DNA from: an uncultured Clostridia bacterium
GTDB taxonomy: Bacteria; Bacillota; Clostridia; Christensenellales; CAG-314
DNA: 63,923 nt
Reading direction: 5' to 3'
Assembly (NCBI GenBank): GCA_947625185.1
Contig: CANQNJ010000003.1
Location: forward strand, 1-63,923
Part shown: in pieces, positions 9,552 to 19,270 of the stretch
Numbering within the stretch: position 1 is the stretch's first letter
Layout: each line of letters begins with the position of its first letter
Translations under genes and position numbers: made by a program
Notes under the pieces: generated by a model
Told to the model about the DNA's origin: nothing
What the model saw: only the letters and a program-made list of their open reading frames with translations
Databases searched by the model: none

Positions 9552-9761
9552 TCAAATTTTTGTATTTTGATTTTTTTCCGCTGCGATCTTGACGATCTGA
9601 CAGATCGGAATGATGATTTCTCTGACGCTGCCGCGCCCTTTCGTCTCCAAGACGAGAACGCTGTCCGTCACCTCTCGCAAAATGCCCTCGGAATAGCAGT
9701 CGCTGCCGTGGGTGTACACGGATATCTCCGCGTCTATATAATTACGAAGCGCCTCTTTCAT
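9552..9761 (-). CDS. Small hypothetical protein (69 aa) between pgk and tpiA
   Basis: The track ORF 9552..9863 overlaps the pgk 3' end. The internal ATG at 9761 lies 1 nt after the pgk stop (9763-9765) and gives [42 protein letters not shown]. No family recognised. Confidence 0.5.
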   Translation of the reverse strand: MKEALRNYIDAEISVYTHGSDCYSEGILREVTDSVLVLETKGRGSVREIIIPICQIVKIAAEKNQNTKI

Positions 9762-9762
9762 C

Positions 9763-11076
9763 TTACTTCTCGTTGAGGCAAGCAATACCGGGCAGCACCT
9801 TGCCCTCGAACAGTTCCAGACTTGCGCCGCCGCCCGTGGAAACGTGCGACATCCTGTCCGCATAGCCGAGTTGCGTCACCGCCGCCGCACTGTCGCCGCC
9901 GCCGATTATCGTCGTGGCGCTGCTGTTTGCCATTGCCTCGGCTACCGCGTTGGTGCCCTTGGCAAGAGTGGGATTCTCAAATACGCCCATGGGACCGTTC
10001 CAGATGACAGTCTTGGCTTGCTTGATGATATCTGCAAACAGCTTGCAGCTTTCGGGTCCGATATCCGCGCCCTCGCGGTCCGCGGGGATATGATTTACGT
10101 CCACCACCGACGTCTCTACGGGCGCGTCGATGGGATTGGGGAATTGCGGTATAGTTACCGTATCCACGGGGAGAACTATGCGCTTGCCCTCCGCTTCGGC
10201 TTTGGCGAGCATCTCGCGACAGTAATCGAGCTTTTCTTCGTCGAGCAGAGACTTGCCTATCTCGTGTCCCTGAGCTTTGAGGAACGTATAAGCCATTCCG
10301 CCGCCGATGATGAGCGTATCGCACTTGTCGAGCAGGTTGTTGATGACGTTGAGCTTGTCGCTGACCTTGGCGCCGCCGAGAATGGCGACAAACGGACGTA
10401 CGGGATGGTCGAGAGCGTCCGCCATAACGGAAAGTTCTTTCTCAATAAGGAAACCGCAAACGGCGTCCTTGACAAAGCCGTACTCTACTATCGCCGCAGT
10501 GCTGGCGTGAGAGCGGTGAGCGGTACCGAAAGCGTCGTTGACGTAAATGTCGGCAAATTGCGCAAGTTTGCGGCAGAATTCCTCGTCGCGTCCTTCCTCG
10601 CCCGCATCGAAACGGGTGTTTTCCAACAGCACGACCTCGCCTTCTTTGAGCGCGGCGACCTTCCGCTGCGCGTCCTCGCCCACAATGTCGGACGCAAACG
10701 TCACTTTGCCGTCCAACAGCGCGTTAAGTCTGTCCGCAACGGGACGAAGCGTAAACTTCTTTGCGTCGCCCTTCAAAGCCTTGGCAATCATTTCTTCCTT
10801 GGCGGCGGGGCGTTCGGATTCCGGCAGAGCTTCGAGCGCAGCCTTCTCCTTCTTGTTCAGCTTGAAGCCGGGAGTAAAAATATTGTGCGGCTTGCCGAGG
10901 TGAGAACAAAGGATTACCTTTGCGCCGTGTTCCATAAGATACTTGATGGTGGGAAGCGCGCCTTGGATACGGGTCTCGTCGGTGATAACGCCGTCCTTCA
11001 TAGGGACGTTGAAGTCCACGCGTACCAGACATCTTTTGCCTTTTACGTTTACGTCTTTGATGCTTTTTTTGTTCAT
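9763..11076 (-). CDS. pgk: Phosphoglycerate kinase, with an internal insertion of about 37 aa
   Basis: 437 aa with [26 protein letters not shown](D)[13 protein letters not shown] motifs. There is extra sequence between SHLGKP and PVADRL. Confidence 0.95.
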   Translation of the reverse strand: MNKKSIKDVNVKGKRCLVRVDFNVPMKDGVITDETRIQGALPTIKYLMEHGAKVILCSHLGKPHNIFTPGFKLNKKEKAALEALPESERPAAKEEMIAKALKGDAKKFTLRPVADRLNALLDGKVTFASDIVGEDAQRKVAALKEGEVVLLENTRFDAGEEGRDEEFCRKLAQFADIYVNDAFGTAHRSHASTAAIVEYGFVKDAVCGFLIEKELSVMADALDHPVRPFVAILGGAKVSDKLNVINNLLDKCDTLIIGGGMAYTFLKAQGHEIGKSLLDEEKLDYCREMLAKAEAEGKRIVLPVDTVTIPQFPNPIDAPVETSVVDVNHIPADREGADIGPESCKLFADIIKQAKTVIWNGPMGVFENPTLAKGTNAVAEAMANSSATTIIGGGDSAAAVTQLGYADRMSHVSTGGGASLELFEGKVLPGIACLNEK

Positions 11077-11138
11077 CGTTGTACTCCTTGAATTTATTTA
11101 GATGGTTGCGTGTCAAAGACGCAACTTTGTCCTCTACA

Positions 11139-11167
11139 ATTATAGTTTTTTATGTCAAGACTGTCAA
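11139..11167 (-). promoter_or_regulatory. Consensus sigma-A promoter of the pgk operon
   Basis: The minus strand reads TTGACA (11167-11162), a 17-nt spacer, then TATAAT (11144-11139), about 60 nt upstream of the pgk ATG. The leader contains hairpin GTTGCGT..ACGCAAC. Confidence 0.7.
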
Positions 11168-11221
11168 GTATAACGACGAATTTGCGATATTGCTAAAATT
11201 TATGGTATATATAAGTTTCTC

Positions 11222-12244
11222 CTATTTGAAAAAGACGTCGTTCGCCGTCACCGTGGGATGAGAGGGCGCGATGGCTCGGGCGGCATTGTGATAATCGCGC
11301 GCGGAAGCCGTGTCGCCGAGATTCCACATACATACGGACAGCTGCACATTGGGCAGAAATCCCGTATAGTACTCGTTGACAAACCCCGCGCCGCTGCGTG
11401 AAGCAAGCGCCAGACGGTACCACTCCGCGGCTTGAACATAGTTGCGCCTGTCGAAATATATCTGACCGAACATACAGCACACCTCTCCGCTCGGCGGCAT
11501 CAGACGCGTGGAACGGGACAGATACGCAAGAGCCTTGTCGCCGTCGTTAGCCGCGGCATATCGTGCCAACAACTTGTATGCGTCTGCGCGATCCACGGCG
11601 GAAGCGCGCGCATTGCCCGCAAATGCTCGCAACAGGGGCAGAGCCTCGTCGACGAGACCGTTCTCCAAGAGCGTCCGCGCAAAGTAGTATTTGTCTCTGA
11701 GACCGAGACGCTTGCCGTCGGCGACGGCGTGTCGGTAGATGGCAAGATTGCGTTTCTCGTGAGAACCGCTCGGACGGTGTACCACTTCGCAATCGAGAAA
11801 CGCCGTCTTGCCGAAGGGCGCAATGGCTTCGTGAATGAATCCGCGAAATCTGCAAGCGGAACAGTTGCGCACCACCCGCTCCCGCCAGAACCAGAACGGA
11901 AAGTCGCCGTCCATACGGTACCGAAGATAGTAGAAATCCGCCGTAGGGGAAGATTTTTTCCACCCCATTAGCGTTTTTTGCGTATTTACGGGCAATATGT
12001 CGTCGGCGTCCAACCACATTATATAATCACCCGAGGCGCGGGATATAGCATAGTTTCGGGCGGCGGAGAAATCCTCTTTCCACTTGTAATCGAATACAGC
12101 GCCGTACTTCTCCGCCACCGCGCGGGTGCCGTCGTCGGAGCCTGTATCCACCGTTATCACCTCGTCGGCAAATGAAAGTTGCGGCAGCAATCGGGCGAGA
12201 TTGCGTTCTTCGTTGCGCGCGATCAACGTTACGGATAATTTCAT
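11222..12244 (-). CDS. Family 2 glycosyltransferase with C-terminal TPR-like region
   Basis: MKLSVTLIARNEERNL..VDTGSDDGT..WLDADD is a GT2 (GT-A, DxD) N-terminus and the C-terminal half is helical-repeat-like. The ATG at 12244 is preferred over the track start at 12298 because it matches the usual GT2 N-terminus. Confidence 0.75.
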   Translation of the reverse strand: MKLSVTLIARNEERNLARLLPQLSFADEVITVDTGSDDGTRAVAEKYGAVFDYKWKEDFSAARNYAISRASGDYIMWLDADDILPVNTQKTLMGWKKSSPTADFYYLRYRMDGDFPFWFWRERVVRNCSACRFRGFIHEAIAPFGKTAFLDCEVVHRPSGSHEKRNLAIYRHAVADGKRLGLRDKYYFARTLLENGLVDEALPLLRAFAGNARASAVDRADAYKLLARYAAANDGDKALAYLSRSTRLMPPSGEVCCMFGQIYFDRRNYVQAAEWYRLALASRSGAGFVNEYYTGFLPNVQLSVCMWNLGDTASARDYHNAARAIAPSHPTVTANDVFFK

Positions 12245-12322
12245 ATCAACAGGATATGAACGGGCAAATTGTTTTGACACAATGCGCGGCGCCGTCATAC
12301 ATTGAACAAGGAGAAAATAAAT

Positions 12323-12844
12323 TTGAAACCGCTTATACTCGACCTGCCCTATCCCTCCGCCGCCGACCTTACTACCGACGTCAGAAGCGGCAACATAATA
12401 AGTTTCGGTTACGCCACGCTGAAAGGGGAAATTTCCGCCGTACTACAATATGTGTATCACCGCTTTTACTTCGGCATTATTAACAAAGAGGACGCCGACG
12501 CGCTGATGTCGATAGCCCTCGCCGAGATGAGGCACATAGATATATTGGGCGAAGCGATGCTGAGACTCGGCGTTTCGCCCCGATATGTGCAATGTCCCAA
12601 TACATACGCCTACTACAATACTTCTCAGGTAAGCAAAGCGACCTCGCCCGCTAAAATGCTGATGGACGACGTGGAAAGCGAGATGAACGCTATCGCGGAC
12701 TATCAAAAAATGCTCTTCGCACTGAAAAACGAGCAGGTCGCGGCGATCATTCAACGAATAATACTTGACGAACAACTGCATCTGGATACGTTCAAGAAAT
12801 TGTTGGAAAAGTATTCGGATAAAAACAACGGCAAAAATTCTTAG
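12323..12844 (+). CDS. Ferritin-like four-helix-bundle protein (Mn-catalase/CotJC-like family guess)
   Basis: EMRH and DEQLH metal-ligand-type motifs sit on separate helices. The track start at 12302 is TTG. A second in-frame TTG at 12323 sits 9 nt after RBS AAGGAG (12308-12313). Confidence 0.55.
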   Translation: MKPLILDLPYPSAADLTTDVRSGNIISFGYATLKGEISAVLQYVYHRFYFGIINKEDADALMSIALAEMRHIDILGEAMLRLGVSPRYVQCPNTYAYYNTSQVSKATSPAKMLMDDVESEMNAIADYQKMLFALKNEQVAAIIQRIILDEQLHLDTFKKLLEKYSDKNNGKNS

Positions 12845-12975
12845 GCGGGGATTTGCCTTCTATGCTCCGCGCAAAAAAATAACGGCGGTTGCGTGCCGCT
12901 CGTTTGTCAATAAGATTTTATCGGTTCTGTGAAAATATCTAGGTGCGGAAGCAGGCGAAATACAAAAGCCTGCTT

Positions 12976-13134
12976 CTGTATTAAAGCGGAATTCGCGCGC
13001 GTGGCGGGAAAAAGCAAAAATACCCTGTTGGCGCTTTGCCGCGACCGCGGAAGAGCGTGCTGTGTACTATGCGCGCCCGAGTACAACTATCAAAGATATG
13101 TGTGTCGCGCATAGTAGCAAGGAAAGCGAAAATT
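12976..13134. repeat. Intergenic repeat, family 4 copy B (with an internal insertion)
   Basis: CTGTATTAAAGCGGAATTCGCGCGC ... GTGTCGCGCATAGTAGCAAGGAAAGCGAAAATT matches 35937-36020, and in reverse 41318-41397. It is preceded by hairpin GAAGCAGGC..GCCTGCTTC. Confidence 0.75.
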
Positions 13135-13206
13135 GCGTTGCAAGCGGCGATCAGCGCATCACTTTACGATTTTCCTTTACTCAACATTCGGCATAGGGTC
13201 TTTTTA

Positions 13207-14259
13207 TTACAATCGTCTCATCAAAACGCTTGCCTCTACCGCAACGCCGTCGCCGTTGCCCAACGCGCCGAGACGTTCCGTAGTTGTTGCCGATATATTG
13301 ACGCAACAGGACGCAACTTTGAGTATATCGGCGAGACGAGCAGCCATTTTGTCGATATGGGGTGCGATTTTCGGCGCCTGACATATCACCACCGCCGAAG
13401 CGTTTACCGTCTCGAAGCCGCTCTGCTCGGCTATATGCACACAGCGCGCAAGCAAAACGGTGCTGTCTATGCCCTTGTATTGCGGGTCGGTATCGGGAAA
13501 GAAATGACCTATATCCTTGTTGCCGCTTGCAGACAATATCGCGTCGCAAAGCGCGTGGCACAGCGCGTCTGCGTCGGAGTGACCTTTGAGTTTCCTGTCA
13601 AACGGGATAGTCACGCCGCCCAGCGTTACGCCGCTGCCCTCTTCAAAAGGATGCACGTCGTATCCCGTACCCGTACGGAAATCGGGCAGATCCGACTCAA
13701 ACGTCAGCTTGACGTTGCTGCGCAATCCCTCCGTGAAGTGAACGTCGCCGTATACTGCCGTATACAGCGTGCTTTCGTCGGGATAATCCCCCTCTGCGCG
13801 TTCCGCCGCGGCAAGCAGCTTGGAGATATCGAAAACCTGCGGCGTTTGCACGGTAAAGAAGTTGTTTCTGTCCGCGGGCAGCAAATCTCCCTTGCCGTAC
13901 AGCGTATCCGTTACGGGCAAAGTCGGCACGGCGCTGCCGTACCGTTCCGCTTCCGCAAACAATCTCTCGGCAAATTCGCGCGTAACAAAGGGGCGCGCGC
14001 CGTCGTGAACGGCTACCGTTCCGCAAGCGCCGCGGTCTATCAGACGCAGTCCGTTTACGACGGACAGATGTCTCGTCGCTCCGCCCTCGGCAAATACGGC
14101 GCCGTCGATATGACGTCCCACGACTATCACCTCGTCGGCGACCGCCCTGAATACGTCCGCGCTGTGCTGTAACACAGTTTTGCCCAATAACAATTCGTCC
14201 AATTTGTCCTTGCCGAATCGGGAAGAACCGCCCGCGGCAACAATGATGGCGTATCTCAT
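13207..14259 (-). CDS. ispDF: Bifunctional IspD/IspF (MEP cytidylyltransferase fused to MEcPP synthase)
   Basis: The IspD N-terminus is MRYAIIVAAGGSSRFG. The IspF half has GYDVH..GHSDADAL.HA..DA and ATTTE.LG. The start ATG at 14259 overlaps the rqcP stop (ATGA). The track ORF is extended upstream through the neighbouring gene. Confidence 0.9.
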   Translation of the reverse strand: MRYAIIVAAGGSSRFGKDKLDELLLGKTVLQHSADVFRAVADEVIVVGRHIDGAVFAEGGATRHLSVVNGLRLIDRGACGTVAVHDGARPFVTREFAERLFAEAERYGSAVPTLPVTDTLYGKGDLLPADRNNFFTVQTPQVFDISKLLAAAERAEGDYPDESTLYTAVYGDVHFTEGLRSNVKLTFESDLPDFRTGTGYDVHPFEEGSGVTLGGVTIPFDRKLKGHSDADALCHALCDAILSASGNKDIGHFFPDTDPQYKGIDSTVLLARCVHIAEQSGFETVNASAVVICQAPKIAPHIDKMAARLADILKVASCCVNISATTTERLGALGNGDGVAVEASVLMRRL

Positions 14260-14504
14260 AAATCGGCGATTATCTCGTACATAAGCTCCGCTTCGTCCTT
14301 TTTGACGGACTCTTTGAGCATCTTTACGCGAAAAGTAAGCGCCCCTCCCGCAAAATGCACGACGACGATATCTCCCGTTTTCAATTTGCAGCCGGGTTTG
14401 GCGGGACGTCCGTTCACGTCCACCTTGCCTGCGTCGCACGCTTCCTGCGCGACGGAGCGGCGTTTGAGTATACGCGATACTTTCAAAAATTTATCAAGTC
14501 TCAT
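14256..14504 (-). CDS. rqcP: S4-domain RNA-binding protein RqcP/YabO
   Basis: MRLDKFLKVSRILKRRSVAQEACDAGKVDVNG closely resembles B. subtilis YabO as I remember it. The position after recR is conserved in Bacillota. Confidence 0.8.
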   Translation of the reverse strand: MRLDKFLKVSRILKRRSVAQEACDAGKVDVNGRPAKPGCKLKTGDIVVVHFAGGALTFRVKMLKESVKKDEAELMYEIIADL

Positions 14505-14571
14505 ATTTGTAGGCAGTCCGATACGCACAATGCTAAGGCCCCAACGGCGCAAAGCGCAACCGAAGGGCGTA

Positions 14572-15162
14572 TCAGATCTCTTTTCTGTTCAAAAACGCTC
14601 GCGACAGCGTTACTTCGTCGGCATATTGCAGTTCGCTGCCGATGCTGATGCCCTGCGCGAGGCGAGTAGTCTTGATACCGTATTGCTTGACGAAACGGGC
14701 AATGTACGTCGCGGTGGCTTCGCCCTCTGCCGACGTGTCGGTGGCGAGGATAACTTCGCGGACGTCTCCCGTCAATCGCTTGAACAGTTCGGCAAGGCGC
14801 AAATCGTCGCGTCCCACCCCTTTAAGCGGATTGAGAACGCCGCCGAGAACGTGGTAAACGCCCTTGTATTCGCCCAAACGCTCTATCGCCAACACGTCCT
14901 TGGCTTCCTGCACGACGCATATCGTCGAACGGTCGCGCGTGCGGCATATATGGCAGGGATCCGTATCGGTATAGTTGCCGCAAACGGAACAAACCGTAAC
15001 CTTGCTCTTGGCTTCGACTATGGCGTTGGCAAATATCTCCGCGTCCTCACGCGACATTGACAGCACGGTAAGCGCATAGCGCTGCGCGGTCTTGGAGCCG
15101 ACCCCCGGCAGGCGCGTAAATTGCCTTATAAGTTTCTCGATGGGTTCGATGTAATTTGCCAT
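14572..15162 (-). CDS. recR: Recombination protein RecR
   Basis: LPGVGSKTAQR HhH motif, C4 zinc finger CSVCGN..CHIC, and a Toprim region. Confidence 0.95.
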   Translation of the reverse strand: MANYIEPIEKLIRQFTRLPGVGSKTAQRYALTVLSMSREDAEIFANAIVEAKSKVTVCSVCGNYTDTDPCHICRTRDRSTICVVQEAKDVLAIERLGEYKGVYHVLGGVLNPLKGVGRDDLRLAELFKRLTGDVREVILATDTSAEGEATATYIARFVKQYGIKTTRLAQGISIGSELQYADEVTLSRAFLNRKEI

Positions 15163-15163
15163 A

Positions 15164-15523
15164 TCACATCAAACCTTTCATTGCGCCGAACGGCGCCATA
15201 ATACGGTCCTCTTCCGCCTGAGCCTTGGCATAAGCGTCGTTGATGGCGGCGAGAATAAGGTCTTCCAACATCTCCACGTCGTCGGGATCGCACGCCTGCG
15301 GCTGTACCTTTACCGAAAGCACGGTCTTCTTGCCGTTGCATACGACTTCGACCATTCCGCCGGACGCCGCGCCTACCACTTGAAGATCTTCCAATTCCTG
15401 CTGCGCTTCTTGAAGTTTTTGCTGCATTTGCTGCGCTTGCTTCATCAGACTCTGCATATTGTTGCCGCCGAAGCCGCCGCCGTGACCGCCGCCCGCTCCG
15501 TTGTATCCGTATTTGTTTCCCAT
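15164..15523 (-). CDS. ybaB: Nucleoid-associated protein YbaB/EbfC
   Basis: Gly-rich N-terminus followed by NMQSLMKQAQQMQQKLQEAQ. Classical dnaX-ybaB-recR order. Confidence 0.9.
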   Translation of the reverse strand: MGNKYGYNGAGGGHGGGFGGNNMQSLMKQAQQMQQKLQEAQQELEDLQVVGAASGGMVEVVCNGKKTVLSVKVQPQACDPDDVEMLEDLILAAINDAYAKAQAEEDRIMAPFGAMKGLM

Positions 15524-15546
15524 AACAGTCTCCTAAAATGTATTTG

Positions 15547-17037
15547 TCAATCGTCGAATTTGACGTCTTTGCCCAGGTCTCTCAATTGCTTGTCTATTTC
15601 GCTCTGAGAGGCGGTATTTTCCCGTTCTATGATAATTCTGCCCTTGCAGAACTGTCCTATCTCCGCTTGAAGTATCTTCTTATATTGATTCTCTATGAGC
15701 CAATAAGCCCCCTCGGAACATTTCAGCACGAAATTGCGCTGACTGTCGAAATCCACCTTGACGTCGCTCCACAATCCCGAAAGCAACGGTTCGCTGCGCT
15801 TGTCCAACGCAAGTTTGACTCCGCGCCAAATCGACTTGGGATCGGTGACGTCCACCACGTACAGCTCGCGCGTATCGGAATTGAGATTTTGCGACATATG
15901 CTCCAATCTGGTAACGCGTTTGTTGACGCCGTCCCAATCCACTTCGCCGCTGCTCGAAGCCACTTTAAGCGCGGTCGCCTCAAACAGCATCAACGGAGAC
16001 AGCGCGTATTTCAACCCCGCCTCCACATTTACGAATTGATCTATCGCATAAAGCAATTTCTTGACCGTTACGCCGTCGGCAAGCTCTTTGAGTTGTTCGT
16101 AAACGTCCTGCGGAAGCATAAGCATACCGTTTGCGTTGTCGCACACCTTTGCCGTAAGCACGTCTCTGATGTACAGCGACAGATCCTTGTTCAAACGCCC
16201 CACGTCCTTGCCTTCGGATACGAGTTTGTTTATCTCGGTGAGTATATCCGCAGTTGAATTGGAGAATATCGCCTTGGCAAGGGCAACTATGTTGTTTTTG
16301 GAAGATACTCCGAGAACGCCTAACACGTCGCCGTATTCCAGCTTGCCGCTCGATACGGAATAGCACCTGTCCGCAATGGATACGCTGTCGCGCACGCTGC
16401 CCTCTCCCGCCTGAGCGATCGCCGCAACCGCCTCTTTGGAATACTCCTTGCCCTCGGCGTCGTATATCCTCGATATATGCTCGGCAAGCAAGGGCGTAGG
16501 CACCAGACGGAAGTCGAAACGCATACAGCGTGACAAAATGGTCGCCGGTATCTTGTGAACCTCGGTAGTACACAGTATAAACAGCGCGTGCGCGGGCGGC
16601 TCTTCGAGAGTTTTGAGCAGGGCGTTGAAAGCCCCCACCGACAGCATATGCACCTCGTCGATGATGTACACCTTGTAACGTCCGTTTACGGGCGGATATT
16701 GCACTTTTTCGCGAATGTCGCGCGCGTAATCCACGCCGTTGTTGCTGGCGGCGTCCATCTCTATTATGTCAAGATTGGCGTTGCCGACCGTGTTGCATAC
16801 GGAACACTTGCCGCAGGGATTACCGTTATTCTCCTTGGCGTGCGGACAGTTAACGGCGCGGGCAAATATTTTCGCCGTGCTGGTCTTGCCCGTTCCCCGC
16901 GTTCCGCAAAACAGATAAGCGTGCGACACCTTGTCCTGCAATATCTGATTGCGCAAGGTATTGATGATGTGATCCTGCCCTATCACCTCGTCGAAGGTGG
17001 CAGGACGGTACTTTCTGTACAAAGCGACGTAACTCAT
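15547..17037 (-). CDS. dnaX: DNA polymerase III subunit gamma/tau
   Basis: YRKYRP..F.EV.GQ..GTRGTGKT..C..C..C..IDEVHMLS clamp-loader motifs. Confidence 0.95.
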   Translation of the reverse strand: MSYVALYRKYRPATFDEVIGQDHIINTLRNQILQDKVSHAYLFCGTRGTGKTSTAKIFARAVNCPHAKENNGNPCGKCSVCNTVGNANLDIIEMDAASNNGVDYARDIREKVQYPPVNGRYKVYIIDEVHMLSVGAFNALLKTLEEPPAHALFILCTTEVHKIPATILSRCMRFDFRLVPTPLLAEHISRIYDAEGKEYSKEAVAAIAQAGEGSVRDSVSIADRCYSVSSGKLEYGDVLGVLGVSSKNNIVALAKAIFSNSTADILTEINKLVSEGKDVGRLNKDLSLYIRDVLTAKVCDNANGMLMLPQDVYEQLKELADGVTVKKLLYAIDQFVNVEAGLKYALSPLMLFEATALKVASSSGEVDWDGVNKRVTRLEHMSQNLNSDTRELYVVDVTDPKSIWRGVKLALDKRSEPLLSGLWSDVKVDFDSQRNFVLKCSEGAYWLIENQYKKILQAEIGQFCKGRIIIERENTASQSEIDKQLRDLGKDVKFDD

Positions 17038-17058
17038 TTTGCCGTTTACTCCCTTGTC

Positions 17059-17631
17059 CTATCGATTTATGCTGTCCAACAGCTTCTTGCGCGCCCTTTG
17101 CAACGCGCCGTCCACCGACTTGACGCTGCGATTGAGCCGCATAGCTATATCGTCGTAACTGTACCCGTCCGCAAAGAGTCCGAGTATCTTCCGTTCCACG
17201 GGCGTAAGCCGTTCGTTGACGACGCTGACCACCCGTTCGTAATATTCCTTTTGCAGAAGATTCTCCAACGGGTTGTTGTCGCCGTCGGAAAAGTCCGCCA
17301 CCGCATCCAATTCCACATAGTTGGAAAGGGGCTTTTGTCTGACGCCGTTGCAGCGCTTGACGACGTTGAGTATCTGCCGCGAAATGCACAACTCGGCAAA
17401 CGCGGGAAAACTGCCCTTATTCTCGTCGTATCTGTTGATGGCGTATATCAAGCCCAACATACCTTCCTGCAAGAGGTCGTCCTTGTCCCCTCCCACCAGG
17501 TAGAATTTATTGGACAGCGAACGTATCAAGCCCTTGTACTCCGATACGATCTTCTCTATTGCCGCTTCGTCTCCCGACCGTGCTTTTATCAGTATCTCGT
17601 TCAAACTAACCTCTCTGCCGTACCACTTCAT
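17059..17631 (-). CDS. sigH: RNA polymerase sigma-H factor
   Basis: DLLQEGMLGLIYAI..F.AFAELCISRQI and C-terminal SVDGALQRARKKL resemble B. subtilis SigH. The ATG at 17631 overlaps the rlmB 3' end by 26 nt. An alternative TTG at 17604 follows GAGAGG just after the rlmB stop. Confidence 0.8.
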   Translation of the reverse strand: MKWYGREVSLNEILIKARSGDEAAIEKIVSEYKGLIRSLSNKFYLVGGDKDDLLQEGMLGLIYAINRYDENKGSFPAFAELCISRQILNVVKRCNGVRQKPLSNYVELDAVADFSDGDNNPLENLLQKEYYERVVSVVNERLTPVERKILGLFADGYSYDDIAMRLNRSVKSVDGALQRARKKLLDSINR

Positions 17632-18307
17632 ATAGCGCGATGCCGCATGCAACGGACGCGTTAAGCGAATTGACCTTGCCTTTAAGCCGAAGCGACACCA
17701 CACCGTCGCAACACTTCTTGGTATATGGGGATATGCCTTCGCCCTCGGCGCCGACGACTATCGCCACCGCGCCCGTAAGATCCGTTGCGGTAATTTCCTT
17801 GCCGTCCATATCCAGAGCGTACACCCATACGCCCCTGTCCTGCAACTTCTTTACGGCGTTGTTGATATTGGCGACGCGCGCTATCCTTACATGCGCAGCC
17901 GCACCCGCCGATATTCTCAACACGGTATCCGTGACGGCGACCTGACGGTTTCGGGCGATAATTATGCCGTCCACCCCCGCACATTCGCAGGAGCGTATTA
18001 TGCTGCCGAAATTGTGCGGATCGTTCAAGCCGTCCAACACCACCACAAAGGGCTGTTCGGACGCGGCAAGTATATCGTCAATGTCGCAATATTGAAAGTC
18101 CGTCACATCGGCAATGTACCCCTGATGTGCGGCGTTATTGCTCATCTTGTCCATAACCGCCCTGTCTACAAAGGTCACCTTGACGCCCTTCTGTCTGGCA
18201 AGAGCGATTATCCCGCCGTCGGCGCCTCTCTCGCAGATAAGGCTGTTGACGGTGACGTTATCCGATCTGAGCGCCTCGGCGACGCTGTTTCTTCCCTCTA
18301 TCCTCAT
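17606..18307 (-). CDS. rlmB: TrmH-family 23S rRNA 2'-O-methyltransferase (RlmB/YacO type)
   Basis: SpoU/TrmH motifs: LDGL.DPHNFG.IIRS, VVGAEG.G, LNASVA.GI.LYE. Confidence 0.85.
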   Translation of the reverse strand: MRIEGRNSVAEALRSDNVTVNSLICERGADGGIIALARQKGVKVTFVDRAVMDKMSNNAAHQGYIADVTDFQYCDIDDILAASEQPFVVVLDGLNDPHNFGSIIRSCECAGVDGIIIARNRQVAVTDTVLRISAGAAAHVRIARVANINNAVKKLQDRGVWVYALDMDGKEITATDLTGAVAIVVGAEGEGISPYTKKCCDGVVSLRLKGKVNSLNASVACGIALYEVVRQRG

Positions 18308-18693
18308 AACTTTGTTTCCAATATTTGCAGCAGTCTTTCCTTTTGTCCCGTCAGATACAGATATCCGAGTACCGCCTCGAACCCCGTCGCCTTGCGATAA
18401 TCCGAAGCCGACTGATTCTTCGCCTTGTGATGAGGACTGCCGTTGCGGCCGCGATGATATACGGAAAGCTCCGTTTCGGTAAGCTCCGACGACAGCTTCT
18501 CCGCCAATGCCGCCTGCGCAGACGCCTTGACGGTATCGGACGCCAATCTGTGCAGAACGTACGGCTTGACGTCCAATTCTCCCACCAACTTGCGGCGGAT
18601 ATACAAACTGTGTACCGCGTCTCCTATATACGCAAGCGTAAGCGCGTTGAGCGAAAGCGCCTCCTTGTCGCTCATAGTGTCGAAGAAATCCAT
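18304..18693 (-). CDS. mrnC: Mini-ribonuclease 3
   Basis: LAYIGDAV..LY.R and FEAVLGYLYL motifs. Conserved position upstream of rlmB. Confidence 0.85.
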   Translation of the reverse strand: MDFFDTMSDKEALSLNALTLAYIGDAVHSLYIRRKLVGELDVKPYVLHRLASDTVKASAQAALAEKLSSELTETELSVYHRGRNGSPHHKAKNQSASDYRKATGFEAVLGYLYLTGQKERLLQILETKL

Positions 18694-18697
18694 TTCG

Positions 18698-19270
18698 TCA
18701 ATCTTCCGTAAAGAGCTTCTTGCCGTATACTACGGAGCCGACAAGGTAATCTATATCTTCGTAGCCGTTCTTCTCGAAGAAAGCGCGCGCGGCGGTATCC
18801 TTCTGACCGACGATGACGTACAATCCCTCTACGAACATCTCTTGGAGCTTATTCTCCAACGCTTGAAGCAATTGAGTGCCCAAGCCTTGGCGCCGATAGT
18901 CGGACAAGACGCTAACGTACATATGCGCAGTATAACCTTGACGGACGTATCTGTCGCACACCTTGGTCTCGGCGACAAATCGGAAGTAATCGCCGCCGGA
19001 CACCTTGCGCACGAGGGGCAAATACAGCTCCTGCATGCTGTCCCGATAGTCGTCCAGATCCGCCACGCACAACGCGTAACCGACGGGCATTTCGTCGTCG
19101 TCCGCAGCGACGAAACAGTACTCCGACTGACGGTCTAAGTAGTAGTCGCAATACATCGAGCAAAGTATCGCGCGATTGGACGGAGAATCCTCTTCCGCGT
19201 ACTTGCTCGTGGCGACGCAGATATCCTGAACATAGCGAAAATCTTTCTTTTCATACGGTCTTACTGTCAT
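18698..19270 (-). CDS. GNAT family N-acetyltransferase
   Basis: R/Q-x-x-G-x-G/A-type motif YRRQGLGTQLL and C-terminal A..FFEKNGY. RBS AAGGAG lies 6 nt upstream of ATG 19270, which is preferred over the track start at 19318. Confidence 0.8.
   Translation of the reverse strand: MTVRPYEKKDFRYVQDICVATSKYAEEDSPSNRAILCSMYCDYYLDRQSEYCFVAADDDEMPVGYALCVADLDDYRDSMQELYLPLVRKVSGGDYFRFVAETKVCDRYVRQGYTAHMYVSVLSDYRRQGLGTQLLQALENKLQEMFVEGLYVIVGQKDTAARAFFEKNGYEDIDYLVGSVVYGKKLFTED

Noticed and set aside
9552-9863. 103-aa version of the small ORF after pgk
   Set aside because: Its first 34 codons overlap the pgk 3' end in another frame. I trimmed it to the ATG at 9761.
7181-11091. Long ORFs antisense to or overlapping gpmI, tpiA and pgk (7181..8746 +, 7299..8174 -, 8292..9515 -, 8753..9592 +, 9844..11091 +)
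   Set aside because: They are Arg/Gly/His-rich nonsense translations in alternative frames of strongly recognisable glycolytic genes.
17038-17058. SRP (scr/ffs) RNA expected upstream of dnaX, as in Bacillus
   Set aside because: Only 21 nt separate sigH and dnaX, so there is no room for it.
13036-17664. Plus-strand ORFs 13036..14172, 14302..15060, 15538..16257 and 16555..17664
   Set aside because: They are antisense to ispDF, rqcP/recR, dnaX and sigH. No motifs were seen.
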